From the NCBI GenBank assembly GCA_963836075.1, contig CAWIIB010000009.1, forward strand, positions 2,144,001-2,208,000: a DNA stretch of 64,000 nt. The letters run 5' to 3'. This document shows, piece after piece, positions 53,454 to 63,456 of this stretch (positions are counted from its first letter, which is position 1; every line of letters begins with the position of its first letter). A model generated the notes under the pieces. That model was given only the letters and a program-made list of their open reading frames with translations, had not been told where the DNA came from and did no database searches. Both the position numbers and the translations under genes were made by a program. This stretch comes from an uncultured Acidobacteriota bacterium. GTDB lineage: Bacteria; Acidobacteriota; JAQAZP01.

Positions 53454-54878
53454 ATGGCCAGATTCCTCTTTCTGCAGAACTACCTCACCGAGTACCTCGG
53501 CACCCTCGGCGTCTGTTCCTATCTGCAGAGCCGCGGCCACCGGGCGGAAGTGGCGGTCACCGGCAGCCCGAAAGAGGTGCGCAGGGAACTGCAGCGCACC
53601 CGGCCCGACGTGGTGGGCCTCTACTGCTCCATCGGCAACCTGACCTGGGTGCTGGCCACGCTGGAGGACATCCGGAAGGACCGAAACGGTGGCCGGCCGC
53701 TCACCGTGGTGGGCGGGCCCCATCCCACGTTCTTCCCCGAGGTGATCGGTGACTGGCCGGTGGACATCCTCTGCCGCGGTGAAGGGGAGGGCGCGGTGGC
53801 CGACCTGGGGGACCGGCTGGATGCCGGCCACGGCTGGGGCGACGTGGCCAACCTCTGGTTCAGGGGTGACGACGGCAAGGTGGTCTGCAACGATGTCCGC
53901 CCGCTGGTGGAGGACCTGGACGCCCTGCCCGCGCCGGACCGCAGCTTCTACCGCCGCTACCCCTTCCTGGGTAAGGCCTCGACCAAGAAATTCATCACCG
54001 GCCGCGGCTGCCCCTACAACTGCACCTACTGCATGAACCAGCGATTCAACGAGATTTACCGCGGCAAAGGGCGCATTGTCCGCAAGCGCAGCCCGGAGCA
54101 CGTGGTGGAGGAAATCCTGCGCGTGCGGGCCGACTACGGCCTCGACTTCGCCCGCTTTGTCGACGACACCCTGGTGATGTCCAAAAAGTGGCTTTCCGAA
54201 TTTCTCGCCCTTTACCGGGAGAAGGTGGGGTTGCCCTTCTCCTGCACCATGCGCGCCGACACCGCCGACCGGGAGATGATCCGCGAACTGGGGGCCAGCG
54301 GGGCGGACACCTGCTTCTTCGGCCTGGAGACCGGCGTGGAGGGGCTGCGCAACGCCGTGTTGAAGAAGAACATCCGTAACGAGGACATCGAGCGCACCGC
54401 CGGCTGGCTCAGGGAGGAGGGGATCCGGATCCTGACCTTCAACATGCTCGGCCTGCCCGGGGAACGCCTGGAGGATGCTTTCGAGACGGTACACATCAAC
54501 CAGCGGATCGGCACCGACTACCCCTGGTGCTCCATCCTCCAGCCCTACCCGGGCACCGAGCTGGAGTCGATCTGCCGCGAGCAGGGCTGTCTGCCTTCGG
54601 GTGAGGAGACCGGGGGCGCCTTCGACCACTCCTGGTTCCGCCAGAGCGTCATCGATTCAGGGGAGAAGCGCCAGATCGAGAACCTGCACAAGTTCTTCTA
54701 CCTCGCCGTGCGCCTACCCTGGCTGGAGCCGCTGATCCGGCGGCTGATCAAGCTGCCCGGAAACCCGCTCTACCACCTGGTGTTCAAGGTCACCTACGGC
54801 TGGCTGTTCACCCGGGTCCGGCGCATGTCGCTCTTCCGGCTGGTGGGGATGGCGCTGCGTTTGGGACGGCACTACTGA
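53454..54878 (+). CDS. B12-binding radical SAM protein
   Basis: VVGGPHPT, RGEGEGA, GRGCPYNCTYC, FVDDT, FGLETG, MLGLPGE, QPYPGT. Confidence 0.9.
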   Translation: MARFLFLQNYLTEYLGTLGVCSYLQSRGHRAEVAVTGSPKEVRRELQRTRPDVVGLYCSIGNLTWVLATLEDIRKDRNGGRPLTVVGGPHPTFFPEVIGDWPVDILCRGEGEGAVADLGDRLDAGHGWGDVANLWFRGDDGKVVCNDVRPLVEDLDALPAPDRSFYRRYPFLGKASTKKFITGRGCPYNCTYCMNQRFNEIYRGKGRIVRKRSPEHVVEEILRVRADYGLDFARFVDDTLVMSKKWLSEFLALYREKVGLPFSCTMRADTADREMIRELGASGADTCFFGLETGVEGLRNAVLKKNIRNEDIERTAGWLREEGIRILTFNMLGLPGERLEDAFETVHINQRIGTDYPWCSILQPYPGTELESICREQGCLPSGEETGGAFDHSWFRQSVIDSGEKRQIENLHKFFYLAVRLPWLEPLIRRLIKLPGNPLYHLVFKVTYGWLFTRVRRMSLFRLVGMALRLGRHY

Positions 54879-54893
54879 GCCCGAGCCCTATTC

Positions 54894-54947
54894 TTGACCG
54901 CATCAGGGGCCTGTGATACGTTCGGCAATTGCTGTCAATCCTTGACA
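54894..54947 (+). promoter_or_regulatory. Candidate purD promoter with downstream palindromic operator
   Basis: TTGACC-N17-TACGTT with TGn extension; TGTCAA-TCC-TTGACA inverted repeat at 54933-54947. Confidence 0.45.
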
Positions 54948-55007
54948 TTACGCAACATCCGGGGACAAGGGGCCGGCCGTTGTGGCTGGATCGCGGGAGG
55001 CGACAAG

Positions 55008-56297
55008 ATGAGAGTTCTGGTGGTGGGAGGTGGAGGGCGTGAGCACACGCTGGTCTGGAAAATCAGACAGTCGCCCCTGGTCAGTGAAGTCTATTGCGCA
55101 CCGGGCAACGGCGGTATCGCCGGCGCCGCGGACTGTGTCGGCATTGGCGCCTCGGACATCGTGGAACTGGCTGATTTTGCCGAGGGGCTGAAGATCGGCC
55201 TCACCGTTGTCGGTCCCGAGCTGCCGCTGACCCTGGGCATTGTCGACGAGTTCCAGAAGCGCGGACTGCCGATCTTCGGCTCGAACCAGCTGGCCTCGAG
55301 GTTCGAGGGCAGCAAGGTCTTTGCCAAGGAGTTCATGGCCCGGCACTCTATCCCCACCGCTGACTTCCAGGTCTGCTCCAGTGCGGAAGAGGCCACGCGG
55401 GTGGTCGATTCGGAGAGGTTCGGCTTTCCGGTGGTGCTCAAGGCCGATGGCCTGGCCGCCGGCAAAGGTGTGATCATTGCCCGGGACCGGGCCGAGGCGG
55501 TTGACGGCATCCAGCGAATCATGACTGACCGGATCTTTGGCAACGCCGGGGACCGGGTGGTGGTGGAGCAGTGCCTGGTGGGTGAGGAGCTCTCCTTCAT
55601 GGTCATCTCCGACGGCAAGCGGATCCTGCCCCTGGTCACCTCCCAGGACCACAAGGCGGCCCAGGACGGCGACACCGGACCGAACACCGGCGGCATGGGC
55701 GCATACTCACCGGCGGTGATCACCCAGGAAAACCCGGAAGAAGCGATCATGGAGCAGGTGATCCGCCCCGCGTTCCGCGGAATGGAGGAGGACGGCATCG
55801 AGTACCGCGGCGTGCTCTATGCCGGGCTGATGATGACCGCCGACGGGCCCAGCGTGCTGGAGTTCAACTGCCGCTTCGGTGATCCCGAGACCCAGGTGAT
55901 CCTGCCGCGGCTGGACGAGGACCTGGTGCCGCTGCTCCTCGGGTCGGCCAATGGCCGGTTGGAGACCGAACGTGCCCGCTGGCGCGACGAGCCGGCGGTC
56001 TGCGTGGTGCTGGCCTCCGGCGGCTATCCCGGGAACTACGAAAAGGGGATGGCCATCGAAGGGCTGGAAACCGCGTCCACCAGCGAGGACGAGGTCGTCT
56101 TCCACGCCGGGACGAAGCTGGACGGCGAGCAGGTGGTGGTCAACGGCGGACGGGTTCTCGGCGCCACTGCACTGGCCCCCACCCTGAAGGAGGCCATCCA
56201 CCGTTGCTACGGGCTGGCTGACCGGGTCTGCTTTGACGGGCTTCACCGACGGAACGACATAGGCTGGCGGGCACTGAAGCATTTAGAAGAGAAATAG
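55008..56297 (+). CDS. purD: Phosphoribosylamine-glycine ligase
   Basis: VGGGGREH, APGNGG, VGPE, KADGLAAGKGV, QDHK, GPNTGGMGAY, EFNCRFGDPETQ. Confidence 0.98.
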   Translation: MRVLVVGGGGREHTLVWKIRQSPLVSEVYCAPGNGGIAGAADCVGIGASDIVELADFAEGLKIGLTVVGPELPLTLGIVDEFQKRGLPIFGSNQLASRFEGSKVFAKEFMARHSIPTADFQVCSSAEEATRVVDSERFGFPVVLKADGLAAGKGVIIARDRAEAVDGIQRIMTDRIFGNAGDRVVVEQCLVGEELSFMVISDGKRILPLVTSQDHKAAQDGDTGPNTGGMGAYSPAVITQENPEEAIMEQVIRPAFRGMEEDGIEYRGVLYAGLMMTADGPSVLEFNCRFGDPETQVILPRLDEDLVPLLLGSANGRLETERARWRDEPAVCVVLASGGYPGNYEKGMAIEGLETASTSEDEVVFHAGTKLDGEQVVVNGGRVLGATALAPTLKEAIHRCYGLADRVCFDGLHRRNDIGWRALKHLEEK

Positions 56298-56314
56298 GTG
56301 ACAGTCACCTGTTT
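56292..56314. repeat. GGTGAC(A/T)GTCACC palindrome (REP-like), copy 1
   Basis: AAATAGGTGACAGTCACCTGTTT at the purD-purE junction; the same core occurs at 60691-60703. Confidence 0.6.
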
Positions 56315-56336
56315 TCCTGAGGAGGATGGAACAGCA

Positions 56337-56843
56337 ATGGACCCGAAAGTAGCGATCATCATGGGCAGCGACTCGGATTTCGAGGTGATGTCCGAGGCGG
56401 TGAAGGTGCTCAAGGAATACGGCGTGCCCCACGAGGTGAGCGTGCGCAGCGCCCACCGTACGCCCGAGGAAACCGCCACCTACGCCAGGGAAACCGAGTC
56501 CCGGGGGATCAGGGTGCTCATCGCCGGCGCCGGGGCCGCGGCCCACCTGGCCGGGGTGCTGGCCTCCAAAGCCACCATCCCGGTGATCGGCGTCCCGCTC
56601 CACGCCACCCCGCTGGGCGGCCTCGACGCCCTGCTGGCCACGGTGCAGATGCCGGCCGGGATACCGGTGGCCACCATGGCCATCGGCAAGGCCGGCGCCC
56701 GGAACGCCGCCCTCTTCGCCGTGCAGATCCTGGGGCTCTCCGACACCGACCTGGCCGCAAAGCTCAAGGATGCCCGGAGCAGGATGGCCGCTGCGGTGGA
56801 AGCCAAGTCCCTCAAGGTGCAGGAGGCGGCCGCGAAGCTCTGA
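56337..56843 (+). CDS. purE: N5-CAIR mutase
   Basis: [36 protein letters not shown]. Confidence 0.97.
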   Translation: MDPKVAIIMGSDSDFEVMSEAVKVLKEYGVPHEVSVRSAHRTPEETATYARETESRGIRVLIAGAGAAAHLAGVLASKATIPVIGVPLHATPLGGLDALLATVQMPAGIPVATMAIGKAGARNAALFAVQILGLSDTDLAAKLKDARSRMAAAVEAKSLKVQEAAAKL

Positions 56844-56868
56844 CCGGCGGCCCCTTCGGAGAACGGCC

Positions 56869-58194
56869 ATGACCGCTCCGCCCCTCAGTTTTAGCGTCAC
56901 GGGGCTGGGCTGCAAAGTGGCCCAGTATGACGCTGAAGCCATCTCCGCGGAACTGGAAGAACGGGGACTGCTGCGCCGGGAGGGTCCGGAGGGCGCGGAT
57001 ATCCTGCTGGTCAACACCTGTACCGTCACCACCCGTGCCGACTACCAGGTGAGACAGCTGATCCGCAAACTGGCCCGGGAGCATCCCCGGGCCAGGCTGG
57101 TGGTCACCGGGTGCTATGCCGAGCGCGACCAGGCCGCCCTGGAAGCCATCGACGGTGTGGAACTGGTGGTCACCCGCAACCAGCGTGAGCTCCTCGGCTC
57201 CCTGCTGTCTGGTGAAACGCCGGCTGCCGGGGCGGCAGGGGAGCGGCCCACCTTCAACCGCGTCCTGACCCGCTTCGGCAACCGTTCCCGGCCCTTTCTC
57301 AAGATCCAGGACGGCTGCGACGAAAACTGCGCCTACTGCATCGTACCGTCGGTGCGCGGGCCGTCGCAGAGCCAGCCCGGGGACGATGTGGAGGAGCAGG
57401 TGCGCCTGCTCAGCGATGAGGGGTTCGGCGAGGTGGTGCTTTCCGGGGTTCACCTTGGCCGTTGGGGCGAAGACTTTGCTGCTGGCCCGTCCGTGACCCT
57501 GGCCTCGCTTCTGGAACGGCTCCGGGAACTGGAGCTCCCCCTGCGCTACCGGCTCAGTTCCATCGAGCCGCTGGAGTTCACCGACGGTCTGATCGAGATC
57601 CTGGCCGGCTTCGGTTCGGTGGCCCGCCACTTCCACCTGCCGCTGCAGAGCGGTTCGGACACCCTGCTGGCGGCGATGAAACGGCCCTACACCGCGGAAC
57701 AATACGGTGAGCGGGTGGCGGCGGTCCTCTCCGCCCTGCCCGATGCCTGCATCGGCGCCGACGTGATTGTGGGTTTCCCCGGCGAGCAGGAGGATGACTT
57801 CGAGGCCACCTGCCGGCTGGTTGAAGGGCTGGGGCTGGCCTACCTCCACGTTTTTCCCTTCTCCCCCCGGCCGGGCACGGCAGCGGCGGCCATGAGCGGC
57901 CGGCCCCATGGTGGTCTGGTCAAGCAGCGCAGCCGCCGCCTGCGCGACCTGTCCGGCCGCCTGCGCAGCCAGTTCGCTCAGCGTTTTGTCGGCACGGAGC
58001 AGCAACTGGTGGTGCTATCGGTGGACGATGAACGGGAAGAGGCGCTGGGATTGAGCGGCAATTACCTCCAGGTGGCCTTTCCGGCCGAGGGGGCACAACG
58101 CCGCCAACTGGTCCGCGTCCGTCTTGTTTCCGCCGAGGGAGAAAGGCTGATTGGACGGCGTCACAATGCTGACATTTCCCTGCCAGAATCGTAA
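56869..58194 (+). CDS. mtaB: tRNA t6A methylthiotransferase
   Basis: [60 protein letters not shown]. Confidence 0.9.
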   Translation: MTAPPLSFSVTGLGCKVAQYDAEAISAELEERGLLRREGPEGADILLVNTCTVTTRADYQVRQLIRKLAREHPRARLVVTGCYAERDQAALEAIDGVELVVTRNQRELLGSLLSGETPAAGAAGERPTFNRVLTRFGNRSRPFLKIQDGCDENCAYCIVPSVRGPSQSQPGDDVEEQVRLLSDEGFGEVVLSGVHLGRWGEDFAAGPSVTLASLLERLRELELPLRYRLSSIEPLEFTDGLIEILAGFGSVARHFHLPLQSGSDTLLAAMKRPYTAEQYGERVAAVLSALPDACIGADVIVGFPGEQEDDFEATCRLVEGLGLAYLHVFPFSPRPGTAAAAMSGRPHGGLVKQRSRRLRDLSGRLRSQFAQRFVGTEQQLVVLSVDDEREEALGLSGNYLQVAFPAEGAQRRQLVRVRLVSAEGERLIGRRHNADISLPES

Positions 58195-58397
58195 GCCCAT
58201 TACCCCTTCATTTACAGTACCTTCACTCCCTTCCGGCCTGCCGGTTTCAAGACTGTAATCCGAGTCAACCACTTGTCTGATCCGGCCACAAAATTTCGAT
58301 ATTTCCCGGCCCATCCCTTTCGGAGTTTGGCTGTTAAGTTATTGTATTTAAGTGCCTTGTAGTAAAACTATTCTCACCGCTGCTTCTCACCGCTTTC

Positions 58398-58413
58398 TGG
58401 TACGGCCGTTGCT
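58398..58413 (+). promoter_or_regulatory. Sigma54 (-24/-12) promoter
   Basis: TGGTACG-GCCG-TTGCT with exact GG-N10-GC spacing, preceded by an AT-rich tract and an 11-bp direct repeat TTCTCACCGCT (58371, 58384). Confidence 0.65.
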
Positions 58414-58489
58414 CTGCAAGGGGGGTGGATAAAAAAGGCGGCGCCCCCGGTGGCGCCAGAACGACATCTGAACGAAAGGCGGTGCGAAG

Positions 58490-60611
58490 ATGTCCACAAC
58501 CAGTATTAATCGTCATCTTCTCGTGTTCATGTCCGCGGCCCTGACCGTGGTTTTCCTGCTTGCCCCCCTGTCCCAGGCCCGGGCCGGCACCCTGCAGGTG
58601 CAGTGGGATACGGTCCTGGCCGACGATCTGGCCGGCTACCGGGTGAAGTACGGCACCAACGGGGTCACTTTCCCCGACCGGGTCGACGTGCCCGATCCCG
58701 AAGCGGTTCTCCAGGATGTCACCGGCCTGGCCGTGGGCACCACCTACTACTTCGTGGTGATGGCCTACGACACCAGCTACAACTACAGCGTGCACTCCAA
58801 CGTCGCCTCGGCCACCGTGGTCCCCTGGGACGGCGAGGCCGACATGCCGCTGCTCAACCCGGACCTGGTCTCCCTCTCCAGCCCGCTCTTCGAGCTCTCC
58901 TGGGACGTCTCTGATTTCGAGGGCGCTGCCTCGGCCGGCCTGGAGGTGAGCAAGGTCGGCGGCTCCTTCTCCAACCCCAACGGCGCCGAGTGGGATCCGG
59001 ACAACTGCTGCTACTCCAGTTCAACCCTGCTGGACAGCCCCGCGGGCACCAGGGTGGTGAATGCCGGCCAACTCGAAGGCCCCGGCATCTACCAGATCCG
59101 GGTGGTGGCCCTCGACGACAACGGCACCATCGCCTGCCACTTCAGTGACAGCGCACTCCTGGAAGTGCTGGCCGGCGCGCCGCCGGTGGATCCGGACAGC
59201 ACCACCGTGACGGCGAACCCGGAGGAGATCCCGGCGGACGGCGCCAGCGTATCGCTGATCACCGTCACTCCGCTCGACTCATCCCTGGAGCTGGTGGGGC
59301 CGGGCCTCGTGGTGACTCTGGAAACCACGGCCGGCTCGCTGCTGGGCTCCGTGGTGGACCACGGCGACGGGACCTACAGCCAGCAGCTGCAGTCGTCCAC
59401 CGACGTGACCGAGGCCCAGGTCAGCGCCGTGGCCGGCGGGGTGGCCATCACTCAGCAGGCCACCGTGGCCTTTGGCCCGATCCCGGCGATGATCATCACC
59501 GGCCCGGGCCCCGGCCCGGCCAACGCGCCGAAGGTCCGTGTCTTCGATCCGGCCACCGGCGAAATGGTCCACGGCCTCGAATTCATGGCCTACGGGGTCA
59601 ACAAGTGGGGCGTCAACGTCAGCGCCGGCGACGTCACCGGCGACGGGCGGATCGAGATCCTCACCGGACCGGGTCCGGGCGAGGTGTTCGGCCCGCAGAT
59701 CCGGGTCTTTGACGACCAGGGCCAGGCGATCCACAACAGCTTCTTTGCCTACGGCACGCTGAAGTTCGGCGCCAAGTGCGCCGCCGGCGACATCGACGGC
59801 GACAACGTGGACGAGATCCTCACCTCGCCGGGCCCCGGCGCGGTGTTCGGCCCGCACATCCGGGCCTGGGACTTTGACGGGTCCACCCTCTTCGAACCGA
59901 ACCCGGCGATCAACTTCTTCGCCTACGGCACCCTGAAGTACGGGGCCAACGTGGCCTGCGGCGACATCGACGGCGACGGCATCGACGAGATCATCACCGG
60001 GGCGGGCCCGGGCGACGTGTTCGGTCCCCACGTCCGCGCCTTCAACTACGACGGTTCGCAACTGGAGTCGATCCCCGGAGTCAGCTTCATGGCCTACAAC
60101 ACCATGAAGTTCGGGGTCAACGTGGCCTGCGGCGACATCGACGGCGACGGCATCGACGAGATCATCACCGGGCCGGGACCGGGCGAACTGTTCGGCTCCC
60201 ACGTCCGCGCCTTCAACTACGACGGCGACGTGCTGACCCCGATCAGCGGCGTGAACTTCAACGCCTACGAGACGAGTGAGGAGTACCGCTTCGGGGTCGT
60301 CGTGGCCTGCGGTGACGTCGACGGTGACGGCATCGACGAGATCGTCACCGGGCCGGGGCCGGACGATGGACTTCACGGCACGGGTGCTGGGCTGGAATTA
60401 CGACGGCGAGGTCCTGGAGCCCATCGCCGGCCTGGACATCCTGGCCTACGGCGAGAACAACCGCTACGGCGCCCGCGTGGCCCTGGGGCCCATCGCCGTG
60501 GAGAGCAGTGACGGTCCGCCGCCCCTGGACGGGCCGGCGATGATGATAACCGAGGAGCAGAAGGGCGGCGCCGCGGAGAAAACCACCGTGGCCCGCCTCG
60601 GTCTGGACTAA
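58490..60611 (+). CDS. Secreted FN3 + invasin/Big_1-like protein with six-repeat FG-GAP-like module; +1 frameshift near 60367
   Basis: Signal ending ARA, FN3 (DLAGYRVKYG...TYYFVVMAYD), IPADG...DHGDGTY Ig-like domain. The sixth repeat continues in the +1 frame to TAA at 60611. Confidence 0.8.
59947..60172 (+). repeat. Exact 55-bp intragenic direct repeat, 171 bp period
   Basis: CAACGTGGCCTGCGGCGACATCGACGGCGACGGCATCGACGAGATCATCACCGGG at 59947-60001 and 60118-60172. Confidence 0.85.
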
Positions 60612-60643
60612 CCAGGCGATATCGAGCACCGCCTGCTCGAGGA

Positions 60644-60688
60644 GCCCCTTCCGGTGGCGTTACCGCGTCATCGGGAGGGGCATTTTTT
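60644..60688 (+). terminator. Intrinsic terminator after the FN3/FG-GAP gene
   Basis: 16-bp stem GCCCCTTCCGGTGGCG / CGTCATCGGGAGGGGC (with G-U pairs) followed by ATTTTTT. Confidence 0.8.
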
Positions 60689-60690
60689 AT

Positions 60691-60750
60691 GGTGACTGTC
60701 ACCTCCTGGCGTCGCCCTCCTGGCGTCGCCTCCTGGCACACCTCCTGGCA
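60691..60750 (-). repeat. Four tandem GCCAGGAGG units abutting a second GGTGACWGTCACC palindrome
   Basis: CCTCCTGGC at 60702, 60716, 60729 and 60741 on +; palindrome at 60691-60703. Confidence 0.8.
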
Positions 60751-60757
60751 ACGGTCC

Positions 60758-61829
60758 CTACTTTCGCTCTCCGGAGAGCTGGCCGCAGGCGGCGCCGATG
60801 CCCGAGCCGCGGCTGCGGCGGATGGTGGAACTGACCTGGGCGTCGTGCAGGATCTGCTGGAAGCGCTCCACCGTCTCCTCGTCGGGTGCGGCGTAGGCAC
60901 TCACCCTCGTAGGGGTTGAAGGGGATCAGGTTCACCTTGCAGGGAATGCCGGCCAGCAGCCGCGGCAGGCGGCGGGCGTCCTCGTCGCTGTCGTTCACCC
61001 CGGCCAGCATGACGTATTCAAAAGTGATCCGGTTGCCGCCCCGGAGGGGGATCGAACGGCAGGCCCGCAGCAGGGCCTTCAGCGGGTAGCGCCGATTCAC
61101 CGGCATCAGCCGGCTGCGGACCTCATCGGTGGTGGCGTTGAGCGAGACGGCGATCTTCGGCATCACCGGCATCTGCCCCAGGCGCTCCAGTTCGGGCACC
61201 ACACCAACGGTGGAGAGGGTGATCCGGTTCCGGGAGACGGCCAGCCCGTCCGGGTCGGCCAGCAGGGTCACCGCCTTCCAGGTTTCCTCGGCATTGTCCA
61301 GCGGTTCCCCCATTCCCATCAGCACCACGTTCCAGCCTTTCAACTTCCCCAGGTCGCGGCGCAGGTTCATGAACTGGCCCACGATCTCGCCGGCGTCCAG
61401 CGACCGGCGGAAACCCACCGCGGCGGTGCGGCAGAATCGGCACCCCCGCTGGCAGCCCACCTGGGTGGAGAGGCAGACGGTCCGTCTCTTGCCGTCGGGG
61501 ATGTAGACCGACTCCACTGCCAGCCCGTCGCGTGACAGTTCCATCAGGTAGCGGCGGGTGCCATCGGGGGAATCGATACGGCGGCTGACGGTGAGCGGGA
61601 TGCGGCTGTGATAGCCGGCCTCCATCCGGTTCTGGAGCTCACCGGAGAAGACGGTCATCTCGGCGAAGCGGTCTTCATTCCTGGCGTAGATCCAGCGGTA
61701 GAGCTGGTTGCCGCGGTAGGCCTTCTCGCCCAGCTGCTCCATCACGCTGCGCAGGGACGGTTTGTCCTGGCCCACCAGCCACAACTTGTCCGGGGTGTGG
61801 TCGGGTGATTTCGGTGGACGGGCGCTCAC
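60758..61829 (-). CDS. rlmN: Dual-specificity RNA methyltransferase RlmN with +1 frameshift near 60903
   Basis: CLSTQVGCQRGCRFC, MGMGEPL, FEYVML, VNLIPFNP. The catalytic RG..IGAACGQL lies in the +1 frame, ending at TAG 60758. Confidence 0.92.
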
Positions 61830-62260
61830 TTCTTTTCGCCGCCCTGGTCTTCCGCATCAGGCGTGTGGGAGGTGTTGTCGGCTGACCCGGTGCTGTTCTT
61901 CCCCCCGGCCCCGGAATCTTCCACGCTGATGCGCAGGGAACGCAGGAACTGTTCGTCATCCGGGCTGACCTGAAAGACCACCCTGGTCTCTTCATTGTCT
62001 CCGGGGATTGCGGAGGCCTTGCCGGTTGTGCCCTCGGTGAGTTCGATCCTGGCCGCCGGAAGGGTGCGGGACGCCTCTCCGCCATCTTCGACGGACTTCG
62101 GGTTGAGGCCGATGGTGGCCTCGAGGATCAGGAAGATGTCGTATCCCTCCTCGCGAATCCGCTCAATGGTTCCGGACAGGTCAGCGGAGGTGGAGAGACA
62201 GTCGTTGATCGCCTCGCCCATCTCCCGCAACAGGCGTTTCATCTTGTTGTCCAGTTTCAC
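61826..62260 (-). CDS. Conserved hypothetical protein translationally coupled to rlmN
   Basis: LLREMGEAINDCLS...EGYDIFLILEATIG...DEQFLRSLRISVE; GTGA overlap. Start is constrained by the promoter at 62321-62350. Confidence 0.7.
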   Translation of the reverse strand: MKLDNKMKRLLREMGEAINDCLSTSADLSGTIERIREEGYDIFLILEATIGLNPKSVEDGGEASRTLPAARIELTEGTTGKASAIPGDNEETRVVFQVSPDDEQFLRSLRISVEDSGAGGKNSTGSADNTSHTPDAEDQGGEKK

Positions 62261-62320
62261 GATACCACTCTCTTTTCTAACGTCGGTTCGCCACAGCGGA
62301 CGAAGTGAAAGTTCAATGAA

Positions 62321-62350
62321 ATTATAGTGTTCACGCCGGTTGGGTGTCAA
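62321..62350 (-). promoter_or_regulatory. Consensus sigma70 promoter for the hypothetical-rlmN operon
   Basis: TTGACA-N18-TATAAT on the minus strand. Confidence 0.75.
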
Positions 62351-62466
62351 CGAAGCCGCTCTGCGGGGGGGCCGTTCCCCGCCCCGGACCCCTGCTGGAC
62401 GCTCTGTTCCGGCCGGTGGTATAGTGACGGGAACCGAGGCACATGGGGCTCGAGGCAAAACTCCCG

Positions 62467-63456
62467 ATGACATCGCTACTGAAGATCGAGAACCTGAGGA
62501 CGCACTTCCAGACTGCTGGAGGAGTGGCCCGGGCGGTTGACGGTCTGGACCTGGAGATCGCCGCCGGTGAGACCGTGGCCCTGGTGGGCGAGTCGGGCTG
62601 CGGGAAATCGGTGGCCGCGTTCTCGATCCTCGGACTGGTGCCGCCCCCGGGCCGCATCGTCGACGGACGAATTCTCTGGGACGGTGAGGACCTGCGCTCT
62701 CTGCCTCCGGGCGGCTACCGCCGGATCAGGGGCAATGAGATATCGATGATCTTCCAGGAGCCGATGACCTCGCTCAACCCGGTTTTCACCGTGGGTGAGC
62801 AGATCGCCGAGGTGCTCCGGCTGCACCGGGGACTGGGCCGCACGGAGGCCGCCCGTGGCGCGGTGGAGGCCCTGGAGAGCGTGAGCATCGCCGATCCCGG
62901 GCGGCGCGCTGCGGAATATCCGCACCAGCTCAGCGGCGGTATGCGCCAGCGGGTGATGATCGCCATGGCCCTCTGCTGCGGGCCCCGGCTGGTCATCGCC
63001 GACGAGCCCACCACCGCCCTCGATGTCACCATCCAGGCCCAGATCCTGCACCTGATCCGCGGGGTCCAGCAACGCCGCGGGCTGGCCATGCTGCTGATCA
63101 CCCACGACATGGGGATCGTGGCCCAGATGGCCGACCGGGTGGCGGTGATGTATGCCGGCCGGGTGGTGGAGGAGGGGCCGGTGGCCCGGATCTTCGACGA
63201 CCCGCTCCACCCGTATACCCGTGGCCTGCTGGCTTCCCTCCCCGGGGAATCGGATTCCGGCCACAGGCTCCGGGCCATCGAGGGTACGGTTCCCGACCTG
63301 CTGAACCTGCCCCCGGGCTGTTCCTTCGAACCCCGGTGCCCCGTCCGGCTGCCCCGCTGCCGCACCACCCAGCCGGAGGCCTCGGTGCCCGCCGCGGACC
63401 GCCGGGTGCGCTGTTTCCTCCACCAGGAGGTGCCGGCGGGAAAGGAGACGCCATGA
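62467..63456 (+). CDS. Oligopeptide/dipeptide ABC ATP-binding protein (OppD/DppD-like)
   Basis: [48 protein letters not shown]-terminal Cys motif. Confidence 0.95.
   Translation: MTSLLKIENLRTHFQTAGGVARAVDGLDLEIAAGETVALVGESGCGKSVAAFSILGLVPPPGRIVDGRILWDGEDLRSLPPGGYRRIRGNEISMIFQEPMTSLNPVFTVGEQIAEVLRLHRGLGRTEAARGAVEALESVSIADPGRRAAEYPHQLSGGMRQRVMIAMALCCGPRLVIADEPTTALDVTIQAQILHLIRGVQQRRGLAMLLITHDMGIVAQMADRVAVMYAGRVVEEGPVARIFDDPLHPYTRGLLASLPGESDSGHRLRAIEGTVPDLLNLPPGCSFEPRCPVRLPRCRTTQPEASVPAADRRVRCFLHQEVPAGKETP

Noticed and set aside
59947-60360. Diversity-generating retroelement or CRISPR interpretation of the near-identical repeats
   Set aside because: The repeats are in-frame protein blades; no reverse transcriptase, no cas genes, and no adenine-specific mismatch pattern was noticed.
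62261-62473. Long N-terminus of the 215-aa minus-strand ORF
   Set aside because: It spans the consensus promoter at 62321-62350, so translation must start downstream.
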